Assembly: GCF_036321535.1 (NCBI RefSeq) | Contig: NC_087437.1 | Location: 34,412,001 to 34,476,000, forward strand | DNA length: 64,000 nt | Reading direction: 5' to 3' | Source: Camelus dromedarius | Lineage: Eukaryota | Shown here: piece after piece, positions 40,761-55,247 of the stretch | Position numbering within the stretch: position 1 is the first letter of the stretch | How the letters are laid out: each line of letters begins with the position of its first letter | Notes under the pieces: model-generated | Seen by the model: only the letters and a program-made list of their open reading frames with translations | Database searches by the model: none | Told to the model about the DNA's origin: nothing | Translations under genes and position numbers: made by a program

Positions 40761-43700
40761 AAAAAAAAACCATTCTTAGTGTTTGACAAATTTACCTGAG
40801 CATCTAGCTAACTTAATTTAACCTTTTTTAACACTTAGTTGCTTGGTAAGAAAAATTCCTTATCTTCTCTCTGTTTTACCTTTCAAAAAAGTCTTTAGTG
40901 TAAAACATGGCTTTATCATACATACTAACATTCTATTTTGATTAGAGGCTATCTATCTTTTCCTTTGTCCTATCCACAATCACCAAGGGTATAATAAGAG
41001 CAAAACAGTATTGTGATGTAGAAATAGCTGCTAATACTCTTAGCTTCAGTGCTACTGGTTTTAAACTAACTTGGGAATTTTGATTTGATACTAAAAGTTT
41101 TATTAGTATGACTGCGTATTCCCAGTAAGAAACTCATAAAATGTTAGCCCATATTTCCATTTTAGTCTATTCTTTAACTATTTTTTAAAAGAAAATATTA
41201 CTTGTAGGCATGTATAGTATATGTACAAAATAAAGAAATACCATTCTGAGATGACTTAATCTCTTTGGTTACCAGTTCATTCATAATACTTCTTTAACCC
41301 AAACTTAAAAATGGATATTGGGAAATCATCAGCAGTTATATTTCTAAGTAAGATTTGCATTTATATAAATGTGGAATTAAACCTTTGTGTGTATGTTTTA
41401 ATCAAATTTAACTGTTTTATGGACTTTTCATAATTCTGGGATTTTATTTGGTTAATTATGGGGTAAAAAGTTATACCCCTTTATAATACTAAATTTGATA
41501 GTCATGCCATTTTGTAAGAACATATACTTGTGTTTTTCTTTTGTTTATTATTTGCTATTTACTATCACTCTGGGGCAATCAAAGTTTTATACCTGTGCAA
41601 AGACTGATCAAAATTAAATAGACTGCATTTTAACCCTTGTAAAGGTAATTTTTTCCTTGGTACACCCTCTTTGTACATATTCAGTAATAAAGGAAGCTAA
41701 GTAAAGTAACAACCTCAAAAAGAAGTAGATGAGAGTAATTTTAAATTGTCAACTTTATATTAAATATGTGCTTCTGAAGTACCTGGGATGCTTAAGCCAT
41801 TTGTACTCATAATAATCTCAACCTTTTTGTGTCATCTTAACAGTTACATTGTTTAAATCATTTTTAATACCAAAGAAACTTTCTAAGTTAACAAATTCAG
41901 TTCCATTTGATTAAACTTACAGATAAGAACCTTAGGAACTCACCTGTTAGAAGAAACAGGGATTGGACTAGATAGAAATAATGATGCCCTATTTAAAAGT
42001 TTGAGGGAAAGTGGCAGTGGTTCTATGGATTTTTATTTAGTTACTTATCAAAATCTTAGACTCCTGCACTAGAGATTTAAAGCATTTGAAGGTAAGTAAG
42101 AATATAGTTTTTATTTATCTCCTGCTAAATAATGTTTATCTTAAAACCTAGCTGTGGTTTGGGAGGCCAGGAACTTAGAGACATCATAATATCATCATCT
42201 AAGACATAAGTGATTACTTGAATAAAATGATTGTTTGGCCAGTGATATTGATTAACAGCCTAAGTGATCTAAATTCAGCTAAAGTAAAAATTTATTTTTA
42301 ATATTAAAAAGCACTAAATTTTAGAAGTCCATAAAGATAAACTTTTTTACAGTATTTAGTAGGTTCTTCAGTTGGCATTTCTAATATTTGAAATCGTTCA
42401 AAATTTCATCAGTTGACCATTTTAGTGAGTTCCTAGTAAGTCACTATGTTGAGTTTCTGTAAATGTTACAAGATGGCTGAACTCTGTTTCTTGTCCTTAG
42501 AGGCACTTATACATACCTTCTAAAAGTGTTGGATTATAATTGGCCATTGTACTTTTTATGTTTGTAAATTTCTGCATTTATATATACCTAGTTTGGGAGC
42601 CGTTGTCCCACTGTTGTAACTATTGGTGTAAACAGGTAGGGTTTTATTAGCTCTGTGTAGCGTTTCATGGTAGCTGTGACTTATAAATTAGATTTAATTG
42701 GTTTGGGTCCATTTGCTCCATTTAAGGTTAGGAGAATGATAACCTTAATGCTTTATTGTAGTTTGAAGTTTCATTAATAACTGCTATCTCAGTGTTTTTG
42801 TAAGCTTCTCAAAAGCTATAACTATTGATGGAATTTTAGTTTAGTCAAAGTTTTCAACTTCATGTGCTTTTTGTATTCGCATTATAAAATCTAAGTTTAT
42901 AACAAGAACCAAGGCTTTTTTTCTTACTGTTTAATAATTTGGAGATTAGATTAACCTAGATCTGAGTTGTTACCTATTCATCTCTTCCTTTTTCTTTTCA
43001 GTATACTTCTAAGCTTTCTGGCTTTTTAGCGTGTAGAAAGTCTGTGCTATATCAAAAGAATTTTTTTAGCTTTATCAGTAGTACTTCAGTTATCTAAAAG
43101 TGTCTTGTTCAATAGCCTCAATTATATGAAAGAAAACAGAAAGTTACCTCCAAGTGTCCAGGATAGAAAACAAGCAGTCTACCTCCTAAAGCATTGTTCT
43201 ATTTATGTACTCATTTTGGACAGATATTAACCTTGGTCATTTGGTTTTTCGGCCTCTGTTAGATCACAAAGAGCGTATTAGAATAAAATTTATTAGAAGT
43301 AGATAAAGAACTGTACAGTACAAAGGAAAAGAAGGAGAAAATAAAAATATTACCAAGGCAAAATAAAAATTCAAAGCCTAGTAATTCTGGGCCATTTAAT
43401 TTTGATGCAAACATCCATATTTACTTTAAGAGTCCTTCAGGCCTTATTAGGAAATAAAAGTTTTATTCTAACTATGTACTTGAGTTTCCTGTGGTTCATG
43501 CTTGCTAAAATTTGGATTCTGTTTCAATAAAGACAAAAAAAGCATCATACCTATTTGTTCCTCTTAGATTTTTTAACCTGTGTACCTGTAAATTAGATTA
43601 TTGAAGTATGCTATAAATGAATCATAGTACCCTTGTTTGCCACCCACTTTAAGAAGTTAATCTTTAGGCTTTGTATATTACAAATATCCTCTTGAACAAA

Positions 43701-44917
43701 TATCCTCTTGAAGTAAGTTTGCTATTTGTATGTTACTCTTAAGAACCATACATTATATTTTCCACAGTTGCTTAATGTCTTTGATATAGTATGAATATAA
43801 TTTAAAACATAGGAAGTCTGTAGTAAACAACAGTGAAAAAATTTATTTAAAATCATGTGTAGTTTACTTAAGCTATAGAAAATAGAGATAATAGTGTGGA
43901 GGCCTGTAAAACTTTGCCAGCTTCGAATGCTACTAGCAGTATAGTAACTTGAAACATTTTTTTTGTCTCATCGTGTTAATGCTATTTGTGATTTGGAGCT
44001 TTGAGTGGAAGGGTGACTTTAAATTCAGGTTGATGTTTTAAAATTATTTCTGAAATGTATTGGGCTTATTGCCCTAAATTAAAACTATATTTTATAGTTT
44101 CATATGGGATAGGTGAGTTTTCTGAAAAAGTATGAGTGGTCTTCTAGGCACAGACTGTCAACCCGCAGATTATATATAAAATGGCACAAAATGGAAGAAG
44201 AGGGAAGAAAGCAAATAGTAATAGGTGGTAAGGCAGGCAGAGGACATCAAGGAACAGAGCCACAAGAAAGGTCCAGATTGTCATTGAAATACCACAGCAG
44301 TCCTGATAGGCAAGTGACAGGTAGAGGCCTAAATGTTCTAATAACTTGTTGATTCAGTAGTGCTAATCTGATAATAACTAGCTTTTAAAAAAATTAATAC
44401 CATATAAACAAATCAAAAACTGAATGTTATATGAGAATTGAGATGGAACTATGTTGATTCATAAATGTCCTTGTCTTTCACTTTAAAATGTTTTCTACTG
44501 GGCAACCTTGTTAGAATGAAAGGAAGTCATAGCTGTATAGACTTCATTTTAATTGGAAAGGGAGGAACAAGTAACCAAAAATAAGCAACCACTATGCTTT
44601 ACTGAAAGCTAGGCAGTCTCCTAATAGTGGCATTGCATCTCTTCCATAACTTATTTGGTCAGGGAAAGTGTGATGCCTTTAGGAATATTTTTATCAGTGT
44701 TACCCTAAATCAAAACTTTTGGTTATCAGAAAAATACATACTTAATACCTTATGGCAATTTGACTCAGACACGTAGTTTTCTTGGCATAGTTTTTCATTT
44801 ATCCTAAAATAAGTGGTAAATATTCAAATAGAATTAGATAGAATGTTGGCATATCAAGTGTCAAATATTTGGATTATAAACACTAACACAGAAGAGTAAA
44901 GTTGACTACCCCTAGAC

Positions 44918-45136
44918 CAGTGATTCTCAGCTGAAGATAGGTTTGCATCCCTACCCCCAGGACATTTAGCATTGTTTGGAGACTGGGCTGTTACAGCTTC
45001 CGGAAGCCTGATGCTGCTAGCATCTATTGGGTAAAGGTCTGAGATACTTTAAAACATCCTGTGATGCCCAGCGTAGCTCCCCATAACAAAGAGATTTCAT
45101 CCCCAAATGACAGTAATGTTGCTGTTAATAATCCTG
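44918..45136 (+). mobile_element. MER20-like hAT DNA transposon
   Basis: CAGTGATTCTCA...ggacatttagcattgtttggagac...aaacatcctgtgatgc..ataacaaagag...CCTG, flanked by ctaga-containing sites. Confidence 0.75.
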
Positions 45137-46780
45137 TCTAGATAAAAACTTTCAGTAAGACTCAGCTTTCTCAATGGCTGGAGTCCCTCCTGTTGTGATC
45201 CAAAGCTTTGGACATTCTTCCAGGCTTAAATCCTGTCTAAAACTTAAACCTTTTGCTGAAAACGTTGGAAAGAACTGATAATTGAAAGCAGAATTGAAAT
45301 ATTTTTAGATAAATATCTACATATTTCAGTTTAAACACTAATACTTAGTTAAAACACTTAATTCATACATACCCAAGGTTACAGAGAAAATCTCTTAAAA
45401 ACAGGCTCTTTGGATAACATTTCACTATATTTTATATCATGTGCTGTTGATACAGCACAGTTTCTGTTTACACAGAAAAGTGAGAATGTGTAAAAGTGTT
45501 AAAACTTATGCCTTTTAATGAGTAGATTTAAAGTGAACTGTTTTATCTTGTCTTGTTTTATCTTTAAATTCTTTATATTAGTATGTTGAGGCTTTTGGTA
45601 AATATGATACTTTGTCATTAGCAACTTTTATCCCAAATTTCTGTAGATATTTAAATTGAGAAGAGTGTGTGTTTTTTTTTAATGTCTAATTAATTTTTTT
45701 AATTTTTGCTATTTTGTAGAAATAAAGGAGTATTTTTTTTTCTACTTGCCTATCCCTTTTCTTCTGTTGTAATAGTATAGAGTATAAGCAGGCTGCTTGT
45801 GTGTGAAGAAAAGTTTAGCTGCATTTTGCCTGAGCATGTTCAGACAAAATTTTCTCCCCCATCAAACTAAATGGCTGCCTAGCAATCAACCTTGAAGGTT
45901 ACTGATTGTGAATTTTTTTCATCTTTTCTCTTTGTAATTAAATTGCTTAAATACAAATATATAATGTTAACCTAAGATTTCAATTACAATTCAAAAGTTG
46001 TTATAATGATTGCAAGCAAAAGTTTTCCAATGTTGTATGTACCAGGACCTTTAGTTTTCAGTCAGTTGGATTTCTTCTATTATTACCATGAGAAATAGTA
46101 ATATTTCCTTTTTTATTTAATAGTCTTGTTTCTAGAAAGTTAGAACATTAAATTTGCATACTTATGAAGCCCAGCACTTGGGGAACTCCTAACACCAGGG
46201 GTTTTTTTGTTTGTTTTTGTTGTTGTTTTAATTTTATTTTGTAACACCATTTTTTAAATTTTGTTTTATAGAGAAACCTTAATACTAACCACCTTGGGAC
46301 AAGAGTCCTACTACAGTTTAACTATGAAGGGTCTTTTTGAAAATTCTTTGTTTTAGAACATGAGCTCTAATTATGTTAACAGTTGAAAATGTTGCCACAA
46401 CAATTGAATTGTGGATTACATGAATACCTTTCTGAGTTTTACTTAATAGAAAAGTTAGTCATTTTTTTATATTGAATGAACATTCTAGATAGGGAATCTT
46501 CCTTTGGCTCTGTGGATATGTGGGTATCTGTTACAATTTTCTAACAGTTTATCCAAGGGAGTACAAATATACATTTCTTACCCCCTTAAGTAAAATTAAA
46601 ACTCTTAAGAATATCAGTGGAGAGAACATTTTTATTTTATTAAGTCTTTAAGCTACTGATTTATATATCATTTAGTTGTTCATTAGTGTTGGGTTTGTTA
46701 ATTGACTGTTTCTAATTTCTCACTTAAGATTGATGTAGGTAAACATACACAATGAATATGAAATATGACTTTTTTTAAAG

Positions 46781-46945
46781 GGTGAAGTTGAACAAATTGC
46801 TATGATGAAACCAAAAGGCCAAACAGAACATGATGAGGGTATGCTTGAATATCTAGAAGATATAATTGGTTGTGGACGGCTAAATGAACCTATTAAAGTC
46901 TTGTGTCGGAGAGTTGAAATATTAAATGAACACAGAGGAGAGAAG
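46781..46945 (+). CDS. SMC4: SMC4 exon 6
   Basis: aaag|GGT..AAG|gtgaat; GEVEQIAMMKPKGQTEHDEGMLEYLEDIIG...EHRGEK; 165 nt. Confidence 0.96.
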
Positions 46946-47217
46946 GTGAATCTTCTGTAGACTCTTGTAAACCAGAGTGTTTTGTTTATTGATTAACAAA
47001 GTTTACTGAGCCAGATACTCAAGTAATGTTAAATCGTAATTATTCAAATAATATTTACTATTTTAGATTAAATTTTATATTTCTTTCATTGGCATTGCAG
47101 GTTAACATTGTTTTATTAATGTAGTTTATATAGTTTAATCTAATGTTGGTATATTTTAAATTCAGATGGTTGAAATATACTTCATATACACAATATCTAC
47201 ACTTTTAAATTTTGTAG

Positions 47218-47345
47218 TTAAACAGAGTTAAAATGGTGGAAAAGGAAAAGGATGCCTTAGAAGGAGAGAAAAACATAGCCATTGAATTCCTTACCTTGGA
47301 AAATGAAATATTTAGAAAAAAGAATCATGTTTGTCAATATTACAT
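47218..47345 (+). CDS. SMC4: SMC4 exon 7
   Basis: gtag|TTA..AT|gtaagt; LNRVKMVEKEKDALEGEKNIAIEFLTLENEIFRKKNHVCQYY(I); 128 nt. Confidence 0.96.
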
Positions 47346-47718
47346 GTAAGTACCTTAATTTATCAGTTTTTATGTTGGTTTCAGACATTAAGCCCTTCTC
47401 TTTTCCTATATTAGAGAAATGTGAAGACTGAAGTGAAAAAAAATTTGAAAATTGTTTCATGTGATGTAAATTAGGGTTGTTACCATAGTGTTGAAGTTGA
47501 CTCTTAAGTATCCTACTTTAAGTTGGGAGGTGGATTCAAAAGTATTTATTACTATGTTTAATAGCTTTACCTATACATTCTTTTTTTAATGCATAAAATT
47601 TTGCTTATATGGAACCTGTTTTGTTCCTAATTCTAGCTTTGACGCTGGGTTGGTTTCCCCTACCCTCCTCAGTAGTCCATGGTAATTATTATTTGACTAT
47701 AGTTAAGAATACTTTAGA

Positions 47719-47773
47719 GGAGAGGGGAATAGTTCAGTGGTAGACCTTCAGAATAATAAAGAAAATAAATAAA
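47719..47773 (+). mobile_element. internally deleted Vic-1-like SINE
   Basis: GGAGAGGGGAATAGTTCAGTGGTAGA joined almost directly to an A-rich tail; TSD aagaatactttaga / aataaaactttaga. Confidence 0.65.
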
Positions 47774-47866
47774 AATAAAACTTTAGAAACAGCTGGTTTT
47801 TACTAAAATAAAGAATTTTAGAAATGGCATTTTAGGATCTCTGGTTTCTTTTTTTCCTCTCTCAAG

Positions 47867-48007
47867 TTATGATCTGCAGAAACGAATTGCTGAAATGGAA
47901 ACTCAAAAGGAAAAAATTCATGAAGATACCAGAGAAATTAATGAGAAGAGCAATATACTGTCAAACGAAATGAAAGCTAAGAATAAAGCTGTAAAAGATG
48001 TAGAGAA
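47867..48007 (+). CDS. SMC4: SMC4 exon 8
   Basis: caag|TTAT..AA|gtaata; YDLQKRIAEMETQKEKIHEDTREINEKSNILSNEMKAKNKAVKDVE(K); 141 nt. Confidence 0.94.
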
Positions 48008-48672
48008 GTAATAATCTTTTGGAAAGTACTAAAAGTATTTAGGTTCAGTTGATTTTATTACATGTATGTGTGTGTGTCTGTATATACACTTACTACCAGC
48101 ATATGAGTGTAATACATTTGCTAGCATATAGAATGGTCTCTCCTTTTGCAAATAAAAAACTTAATTGTCCTTCATCCAGTTGATCATTATCAAAGTGCAC
48201 AACACTGGTCTCAAAATAATGGAGTATACTACCCCCTAGTGGCAGAACATGATAACACAAAACATCGCAGTAAAAATAAGCGTTTAACCTGCGGTTAGTT
48301 GTCTTCAAGTTTTATCATTACCTTTCTCATGGCAGTATTTAATGACACCAATATCTCTTACCTATATGGTTTTCTTTTTTATTACTTAAAATGAGTTTTG
48401 CTCATTTTTATGGTCAAATTTTTCTATACCTAGATACAGTTTTTGAAAAATATAGTATTTCCCATCCAGCTTTGAAGGACAAAATAACTCTCATAATCCC
48501 ACATTTTAACAGCTCCCTCAAATCTGAGGTGAGTGGTCAGCTTGAAATAGTGTTAGGGTCCTACTGGATGAGTTTGGACACATTTACAAAATGTTCCAGG
48601 CAGGGTATATAAAATGGCTTTAAAATATCTGAATATCTAAAATAGTGACTGATAATTTTCTTACTTTGCTAG

Positions 48673-48823
48673 GAAACTGAATAAAATTACAAAATTTATT
48701 GAGGAGAACAAAGAAAAATTTACAAAGCTAGATTTGGAAGATGTTCAAGTTAGGGAAAAATTAAAACATGCTACAAGTAAAGCCAAAAAACTGGAGAAAC
48801 AACTTCAAAAAGATAAAGAAAAG
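48673..48823 (+). CDS. SMC4: SMC4 exon 9
   Basis: ctag|GAAA..AAG|gtaggt; KLNKITKFIEENKEKFTKLDLEDVQVREKLKH...DKEK; 151 nt. Confidence 0.96.
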
Positions 48824-50205
48824 GTAGGTTATTGGCTGGGGGGCTTAAAATTTCATGTCTGAGTATTAGATCTACTTTTTATTATTTTTCATGGATATGC
48901 TTGCCCCTTATTACTTAAGAGAATGAGTTGGGATTCTGAATGTTAGGTGTTTCAAGATTTATCTCTGAAGCTGGCTTTTTTCCCCTGAAGAGAAATCTTA
49001 CGTTTATTGATTTTGAGTTTTAGACCTTATGTTTCTGATATACATTGTTGGGAAAATATTTACCAAATCAGCAATTCTATTTTGGTGATAAAATAATTTT
49101 CTTTTTCCTAGAGTTTAGTGGCTTAAAAAGATATCTTTGGCTACATATCATAGACTTTTAAAAATAGCACTTGCCTCCTTTATAAGAGTATCAGAGCAGT
49201 AGTTTCCCCTTAAAAAGGAGGGAAGGGAAAGCTCATATTTTATAGCAAGATCAGCCAATCTGAGGTTTTAAAAAAAACAGATGACGTTTAGACCAGAATG
49301 CCTAACTTGCTAGGAGCTCTATTCTAATAATCACTTAATTGGGGGTATTTCAAACTATATTCAGAGCTTAATCAGATAATAGATATGACACCTAAAGCCC
49401 CTCCCCTCAAAAAAGTTTTGTACCATATAATTACATAGTAATTATAACAGGCTCTGTTTTACCTTGTAAACATTTTTCCAAATGCATTTTTCACACAATA
49501 TTTTACCCTCAGTACAGTAATATCTTATGTGAATCAGTGTTTGAGGAAAACCATTTTGGGAAATGTTGAATTTCTCTAGTAATACATAATCAGGATAAAC
49601 AAAATAATGTGGATTTGATACTAATCCCTAAATTGAGCAGATTAAGCCAAATGTAACTGTAATAAGAGATATTAGCCTTTAGGCGTTAAATGTGGATAAG
49701 TGATTACTACTAGAAGGTATTAATGGAATAAAATATTAATCCTACAAGGTGACTCTGGAAGGGTAAAGTTGTGAAGGATTATAGGATTTTAAGCAGTCTA
49801 GGGAGTGTAAAGAGAATTTGTGGTAAGTTATTATATACCATGAGTACTTTAGAGAATTCCATGTAGTCAGACCATATTCATAGGTGAAGAAGGATAATTA
49901 CAGCCTGGAATTGGAGCGGAAGGAAAAAAGATCTAATGCCTAGCCAGGAAGAATTGTCTTTCATAAGGAATCAGGAATTTATAGAATAAACTTCACCATT
50001 AGACTGAGAGAATATAGAAATTGTAGCAGATGGTTAAGCAGATGGTTTACTTGGTAAAGCTAGCTGTTTCAAACCTAATTACAAAGAAAAATCACAAAAA
50101 TCTAGAAAATCCTGAGAAATTCTTATAAATAAGTCAAATATTAATGATATTGGATAGCCTAAGGGTACATGCTCTTAGTAACTTTAATTTGTTCTATAAT
50201 CTTAG

Positions 50206-50370
50206 GTTGAAGAATTTAAAGGTATACCTGCCAAGAGTGAGAATATCATAACTGAGGCAACAACTAGAAACAATGCCCTTGAGAAGGAAAAAGAAAAAGA
50301 AGAAGAAAAATTAAAGGAAGTTATGGATAACCTTAAACAGGAAACACAAGGGCTTCAGAAAGAAAAAGAA
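50206..50370 (+). CDS. SMC4: SMC4 exon 10
   Basis: ttag|GTT..GAA|gtaaga; VEEFKGIPAKSENIITEATTRNNALEKEKEKEEEKLKEVMDNLKQETQGLQKEKE; 165 nt. Confidence 0.96.
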
Positions 50371-50473
50371 GTAAGATTCTTTATCAGTTGGTATTTATTT
50401 TGGCAGCATTTTTTTTTTTAACTTGAAGATTTTTATAGTAATAGTAAAAACTGTTAAAAAGTTTGTAGTTTTT

Positions 50474-50662
50474 TAATAAATTTTTAAAAAATTTCTTATT
50501 GTTTTAGTTTTTGGGGGGTTTTTTTTTAGGTTTATTTTGTTGTTGTTTGAGGGAGTGGTAATTAGGTTTACTTTTTTATTTTTAGAGGAGGTACAGAGAA
50601 TTGAACTCAGTACCTCATGCTTGCTAAGCATGTGCTCTATCACTTGAGCTATACCCTCCCCC
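50474..50662 (-). mobile_element. full-length tRNA-derived SINE (Vic-1-like)
   Basis: Minus strand GGGGGAGGGTATAGCTCAAGTGATAGAGCACATGCTTAGC..GAGTTCAATTCTC..ACCTCCTCTAAAAAT..AAACCTAATTACC plus a long A-rich tail; approximate TSD aaagtttg(t/c)a. Confidence 0.9.
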
Positions 50663-51761
50663 TAAAGTTTGCACTTTTAATATCTAACGTTTCTAAAAAT
50701 AGTCAGCCTAGGCTCTCCTTTTTTGTTTTCTTCTTTCTCGTTTTAAAAAGGTAACTGAAAATAAGAATTTATAGGGGTGGAAGAAAATATGACATGTCAA
50801 ATACTTCATTAGATATGCCATTCTTTGCATACATTGATATCATCATCAATTTTTCATCTTCCAATTATTTTGCTTCGTAATTTAATTGGTCTCTACCTAT
50901 AAAAACTTACGACCACACTAACCACAGGTTGACATCTCCCTTGCTTCTGTAGCTCTTGTGTAATAGTTTTAAAACATGACTCTTGTGTCTATTCTTGGTT
51001 CAAATCCTAGGTCAGCCACTTATCTTTGGTCTTGTGCAGGTTGTTATGTCTCCAAGTTATCTTCCTCAGAATGGGGAAGAAAATATTAACCATCTTGTGA
51101 ATTTTTGTGAAAATAAAATTTATATGTACTTATATAAAGTGCCTACAAAACATTGAGAACATAGCCTAGAGTAGTGTGTGTGTTGCTATTCATTTTTTAT
51201 CATCAAACATTTAAACTGATTATCTGATGACTTTGGCCCTACGTTCCTGGGCCTGCTGCCTTGTGTGTGAATTGAAAGTTAGGCTTTTATAAGAGTCTTT
51301 CTTAAACCATTATCTAATAAATAGATCCTTTCAACATAGTCATTTACAGTAGCTTAAAATTTCTACTCACTCATCAATTTATGGCTTTTGTTAGTTGGGG
51401 AAACTGTCTGCTGAGTAGTCATTATACCTTATAATACCATTTCAAGTAAGGTAATGTAGGAAAGACCATGGAGTTTAGATCCAAAGTGGTTGTTCTCTTT
51501 CAGCCATTCTTTTTTTGTTATTTTGATCTCTAAATTGAGCATACTAATCTACCTCATTAATCTTGTGAGATTAGTTGGGAAAAGAGTGTACAGTGAACAT
51601 TGGCAACTAGGCAAAAACTGTTATTCCACTTGTGAGATTTATTTCTGTATATGGTGCTTGTGACTCTATTAAGTTAAATTCAAACTGTATGGTTTCCATT
51701 TCATTTTAGGTTTGAAGACACATATTTTTCAGTTTTAATGGAGTTAATCTTATTTTAACAG

Positions 51762-51995
51762 AGTCGAGAGAAAGAACTTATGGGTTTCAGCAAATTGGTA
51801 AATGAAGCGCGTTCAAAGATGGATGTAGCCCAGTCAGAACTTGATATCTATCTCAGTCGTCATAATACTGCAGTGTCTCAATTAAGTAAGGCCAAAGAAG
51901 CTCTAATGGCAGCTTCTGAGACTCTCAAAGAAAGGAAAGCTGCAATTGGAGATATAGAGGCAAAACTCCCTCAAACTGAAAGTGAACTGAAGGAG
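51762..51995 (+). CDS. SMC4: SMC4 exon 11
   Basis: acag|AGT..GAG|gtaaat; SREKELMGFSKLVNEARSKMDVAQSELDIYLSRH...ESELKE; 234 nt. Confidence 0.96.
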
Positions 51996-53423
51996 GTAAA
52001 TCTTTGCTTTTGTATTTCATCTGAACATTGTTTATCAACCCTAGTTTTATTTATTTTTATATATATTTACATATTTTTTTAAATCTCAACATCTCAAGTG
52101 ACTGGTACAGAGATTTTTTTTTAACTTACTATAATCTTTCCCAAAAGAATAGGGTTAGGATTTCAGTATTTCATCTGATAGGAATCAAGACTATTAAGAA
52201 ACTATGTTCTTGCCTGAAGTGTCAAACAGGAAATAATACTGCTGCAACCACCATTATTTCCCATGGAAATAAAATTTAAACAATGTTTGTGTTTCCCTAA
52301 ATCTAAGTGTAGACAATTTATGCAAGGGTAGAGGAAAAACACAAATAGAAAGTGTGTGTGTGTGTAAATGAATGTGCAAATCAACTATCTTTGTGTATTT
52401 CTTTCTGCTTTTGAATTTATGGATGTAGTTTTGTTATTGGGACTGCAGCTTGTTAGACTGATTAAGATATCTAGCTTAGCTCATAGCTTTAATCTCCAAA
52501 GCATCATTAGGCAAGATGGCAGTAGAAAATGCTGCTTGAAGGGAAATTATACTGAAAATAGTGTTTTTCATTTTAGTAAATGCACGCTACTTGGTTATCA
52601 GAGAACTTCATGACCATGTAGAATTTAAATACCAATTTAAGTCATATCCAGTGACCGCTTCTGTCTTCATGGTGATTCAGTCTATTTTTGGATAAATTGT
52701 ATCTGTATCTTGAGCTTTTACTTTAAACTGGTATGATTGGTAATAGAAGTAATAATTGAAAGGCAGGAGATGAAGGAGAATGTAAGAAAAATGGCTGCTC
52801 TAACTTGGACATTGAGAACCTGAGAGTAAGGATTTTTGTGTGCGTGTATGTGGATCCTTTCATTGGCAGCTGACATTTTTGTATAGCAATAGTACCATTC
52901 ACTCATCATGCTACACTTCATTTCAGAGCTGTGCTTTTTTTGTTTTGTTTTCCTTTAATTAGATATAATAATATATGCTATGTGATACTGTATAATAAGC
53001 TTCCTTTTATTTAGAAAGCAAAGCACTGTATAATTATAGCCCTTCCCAGTAACCCATATCTGGAGTCCTGTATGAGGTCTGTTTTTGTTTTAGTGTAAAA
53101 AGACAAGAATTAGGACACACACATAACCATATTGTGCCAAACTGGGATTCCAACAACCCTAGGTCTACTTGCTCTATCAAATAGTGCACCCCTCCTAGAA
53201 CTATACAGTGTTTATTATTACTGACCTAAATAATGTATGCCTCCTTTAGAATAGAAAATTCATCCATATTTTTCAAAATCAAACTAGCAGTTGCAATATG
53301 ACAGCTTAGTTCTGGTTCAAGTGTTTATTACTGATCTTTCCTTTTTTTAGATATTGCAGATAATTCTATGCTATGATAAGTTGTATGCTTCTGGGATTCA
53401 TTTTCTTTTCTTTTCACTTTTAG

Positions 53424-53609
53424 AAAGAAAAAGAGCTTCAAAAACTTACACAAGAAGAAATAAATTTCAAAAGTTTGGTTCATGATCTTTTTCAAAAAGT
53501 TGAAGAAGCAAAGAGTTCCTTAGCAATGAATCGAAGTAGAGGGAAAGTCCTTGATGCAATAATTCAAGAAAAAAAATCTGGCAGGATTCCAGGAATATAT
53601 GGGAGATTG
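53424..53609 (+). CDS. SMC4: SMC4 exon 12 (start of hinge)
   Basis: ttag|AAA..TTG|gtaaag; KEKELQKLTQEE...KKSGRIPGIYGRL; 186 nt. Confidence 0.96.
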
Positions 53610-54835
53610 GTAAAGTAAATTTATTTGTAAATAACTATTCATCTTTCTCAAACATTGTAAATAATTTTCTTACCTTGACTTAAAGAAAACATATTGAATG
53701 TTTCTTTTGTTTGTTTTAAAGGATGTTCATTTTTAAACATTTTGCTCTTATACTCAGGCATAATAATGTTCTTTGTGGTAAGGGTCCTTTCATGTTAAAA
53801 ATAATTTTCTGCTTGTTCTTTTAGTTTTGGATAATTATAGTCATTTTAAGAAAATGATCTAGCCCTAGTGATAAACTTAACAAAACTCTTTTTTTCTTTC
53901 TAAGAAAATTAACTCGATAGATTATATTCCAGACTTTAAACCATTATATTAAAGGTTGTGGTTTGAGTTTAGGGAAATCAACAAGGGAATAATATCAAAA
54001 CCCAAGACTAGCAATAGTCAGGACCTGAAGCCTGAGCTCCTGAGCCTGAAGAAGGAAGGGGAGCTGTGGCTGGGGCCAGAGGGTAGCTGAGAGGAAACAG
54101 GGAAAATAAATATTTCAAGCCCATTCATCTACCCTGCCACTTCTAGCTGGTGCCTCACATTGTCTAAAGCTAGAAAGCCAGAGGAGCCAATTGATACAAC
54201 TCCTGAGTCAGCCTTCTAGAGAAGGAAGCAGAAGAGAGTGATTCAGAAGGGCAAATGAAAATTACCCAGCATAGTTGCTTCCATGTCTGCGTGTCAAGTG
54301 ATTTCCACCTTATTTTCTTAAAGATACACAATTTGATCCTATTCATTTACTTTCAAGGAAAAATAAAGCTACTTGGTTAATGCTGCTTGATAGCTAATTT
54401 ATTAATAGACTGACAAGCAGACTTACATAATCTTAGATGGCTTTCGATAATTCAGTTTTATTATTCTGTAAGTTATTTTTATAGTACTTTTGAGTTTCAG
54501 ATCTTCACATTATATGTTTTCATACATATGCAGTAAAAACAATTCTCTCATTTTGTGCTTATTAAAAACTTAAACTGTATATCCATAAACTTTTTTAAAA
54601 GGTAGATTAAAAGAAGCTAGTAGTGATTGCCTCTGCAGAAGGGGAAGGTTAAATGTGAGGAACACTTAAATTTTTCACTGTGTTCCCTTTTTGTACTTCT
54701 TAAAACCATATGTAGGTACAGTTCTTCAATTAAACACAACTTTAAAAGTCTATATGTATAGTAATAAAATGATCCTGTGCCTAATTCCCTTGCTGATTGT
54801 GTGTTGATTTCTTTCCCCCTTCTCTTAATTATTAG

Positions 54836-54997
54836 GGGGACTTAGGAGCAATTGATGAAAAATACGATGTTGCAATTTCATCCTGTTGTCATGCATTAGA
54901 CCACATTGTTGTTGATTCTATTGATACAGCCCAAGAATGTGTAAACTTCCTTAAAAGACACAATATTGGAGTTGCAACCTTTATAGGTTTGGATAAG
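54836..54997 (+). CDS. SMC4: SMC4 exon 13 (hinge)
   Basis: ttag|GGG..AAG|gtgggt; GDLGAIDEKYDVAISSCCHALDHIVVDSIDTAQECVNFLKRHNIGVATFIGLDK; 162 nt. Confidence 0.96.
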
Positions 54998-55247
54998 GTG
55001 GGTATTGATAATCTACTTGTAATTTAGTTTTTAAGTGTTTTTTGATTTTGAATCCTAGCTTTTTCTTCAGTTATTTAAGTGAGCATTTGATAGGTTTTGA
55101 AGATTATGTTAGGTTCTGGGGTCACATGGTTGTGGGGAAAAAAAACCTTGTACTGCCTTCTCTAAAGGAATATAGATTCCAGCGTTAGAGTGACTGGTAG
55201 TTTGCATTTCTAACTTCCAGCATCAATAACTACTTAAAAAAAAGATC

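Noticed and set aside
43680..43712. 16-bp tandem duplication containing ATATCCT (U12 donor-like)
   Set aside because: ATATCCTC is not the full consensus, no exon precedes it, and the flanking SMC4 exons join by GT-AG.
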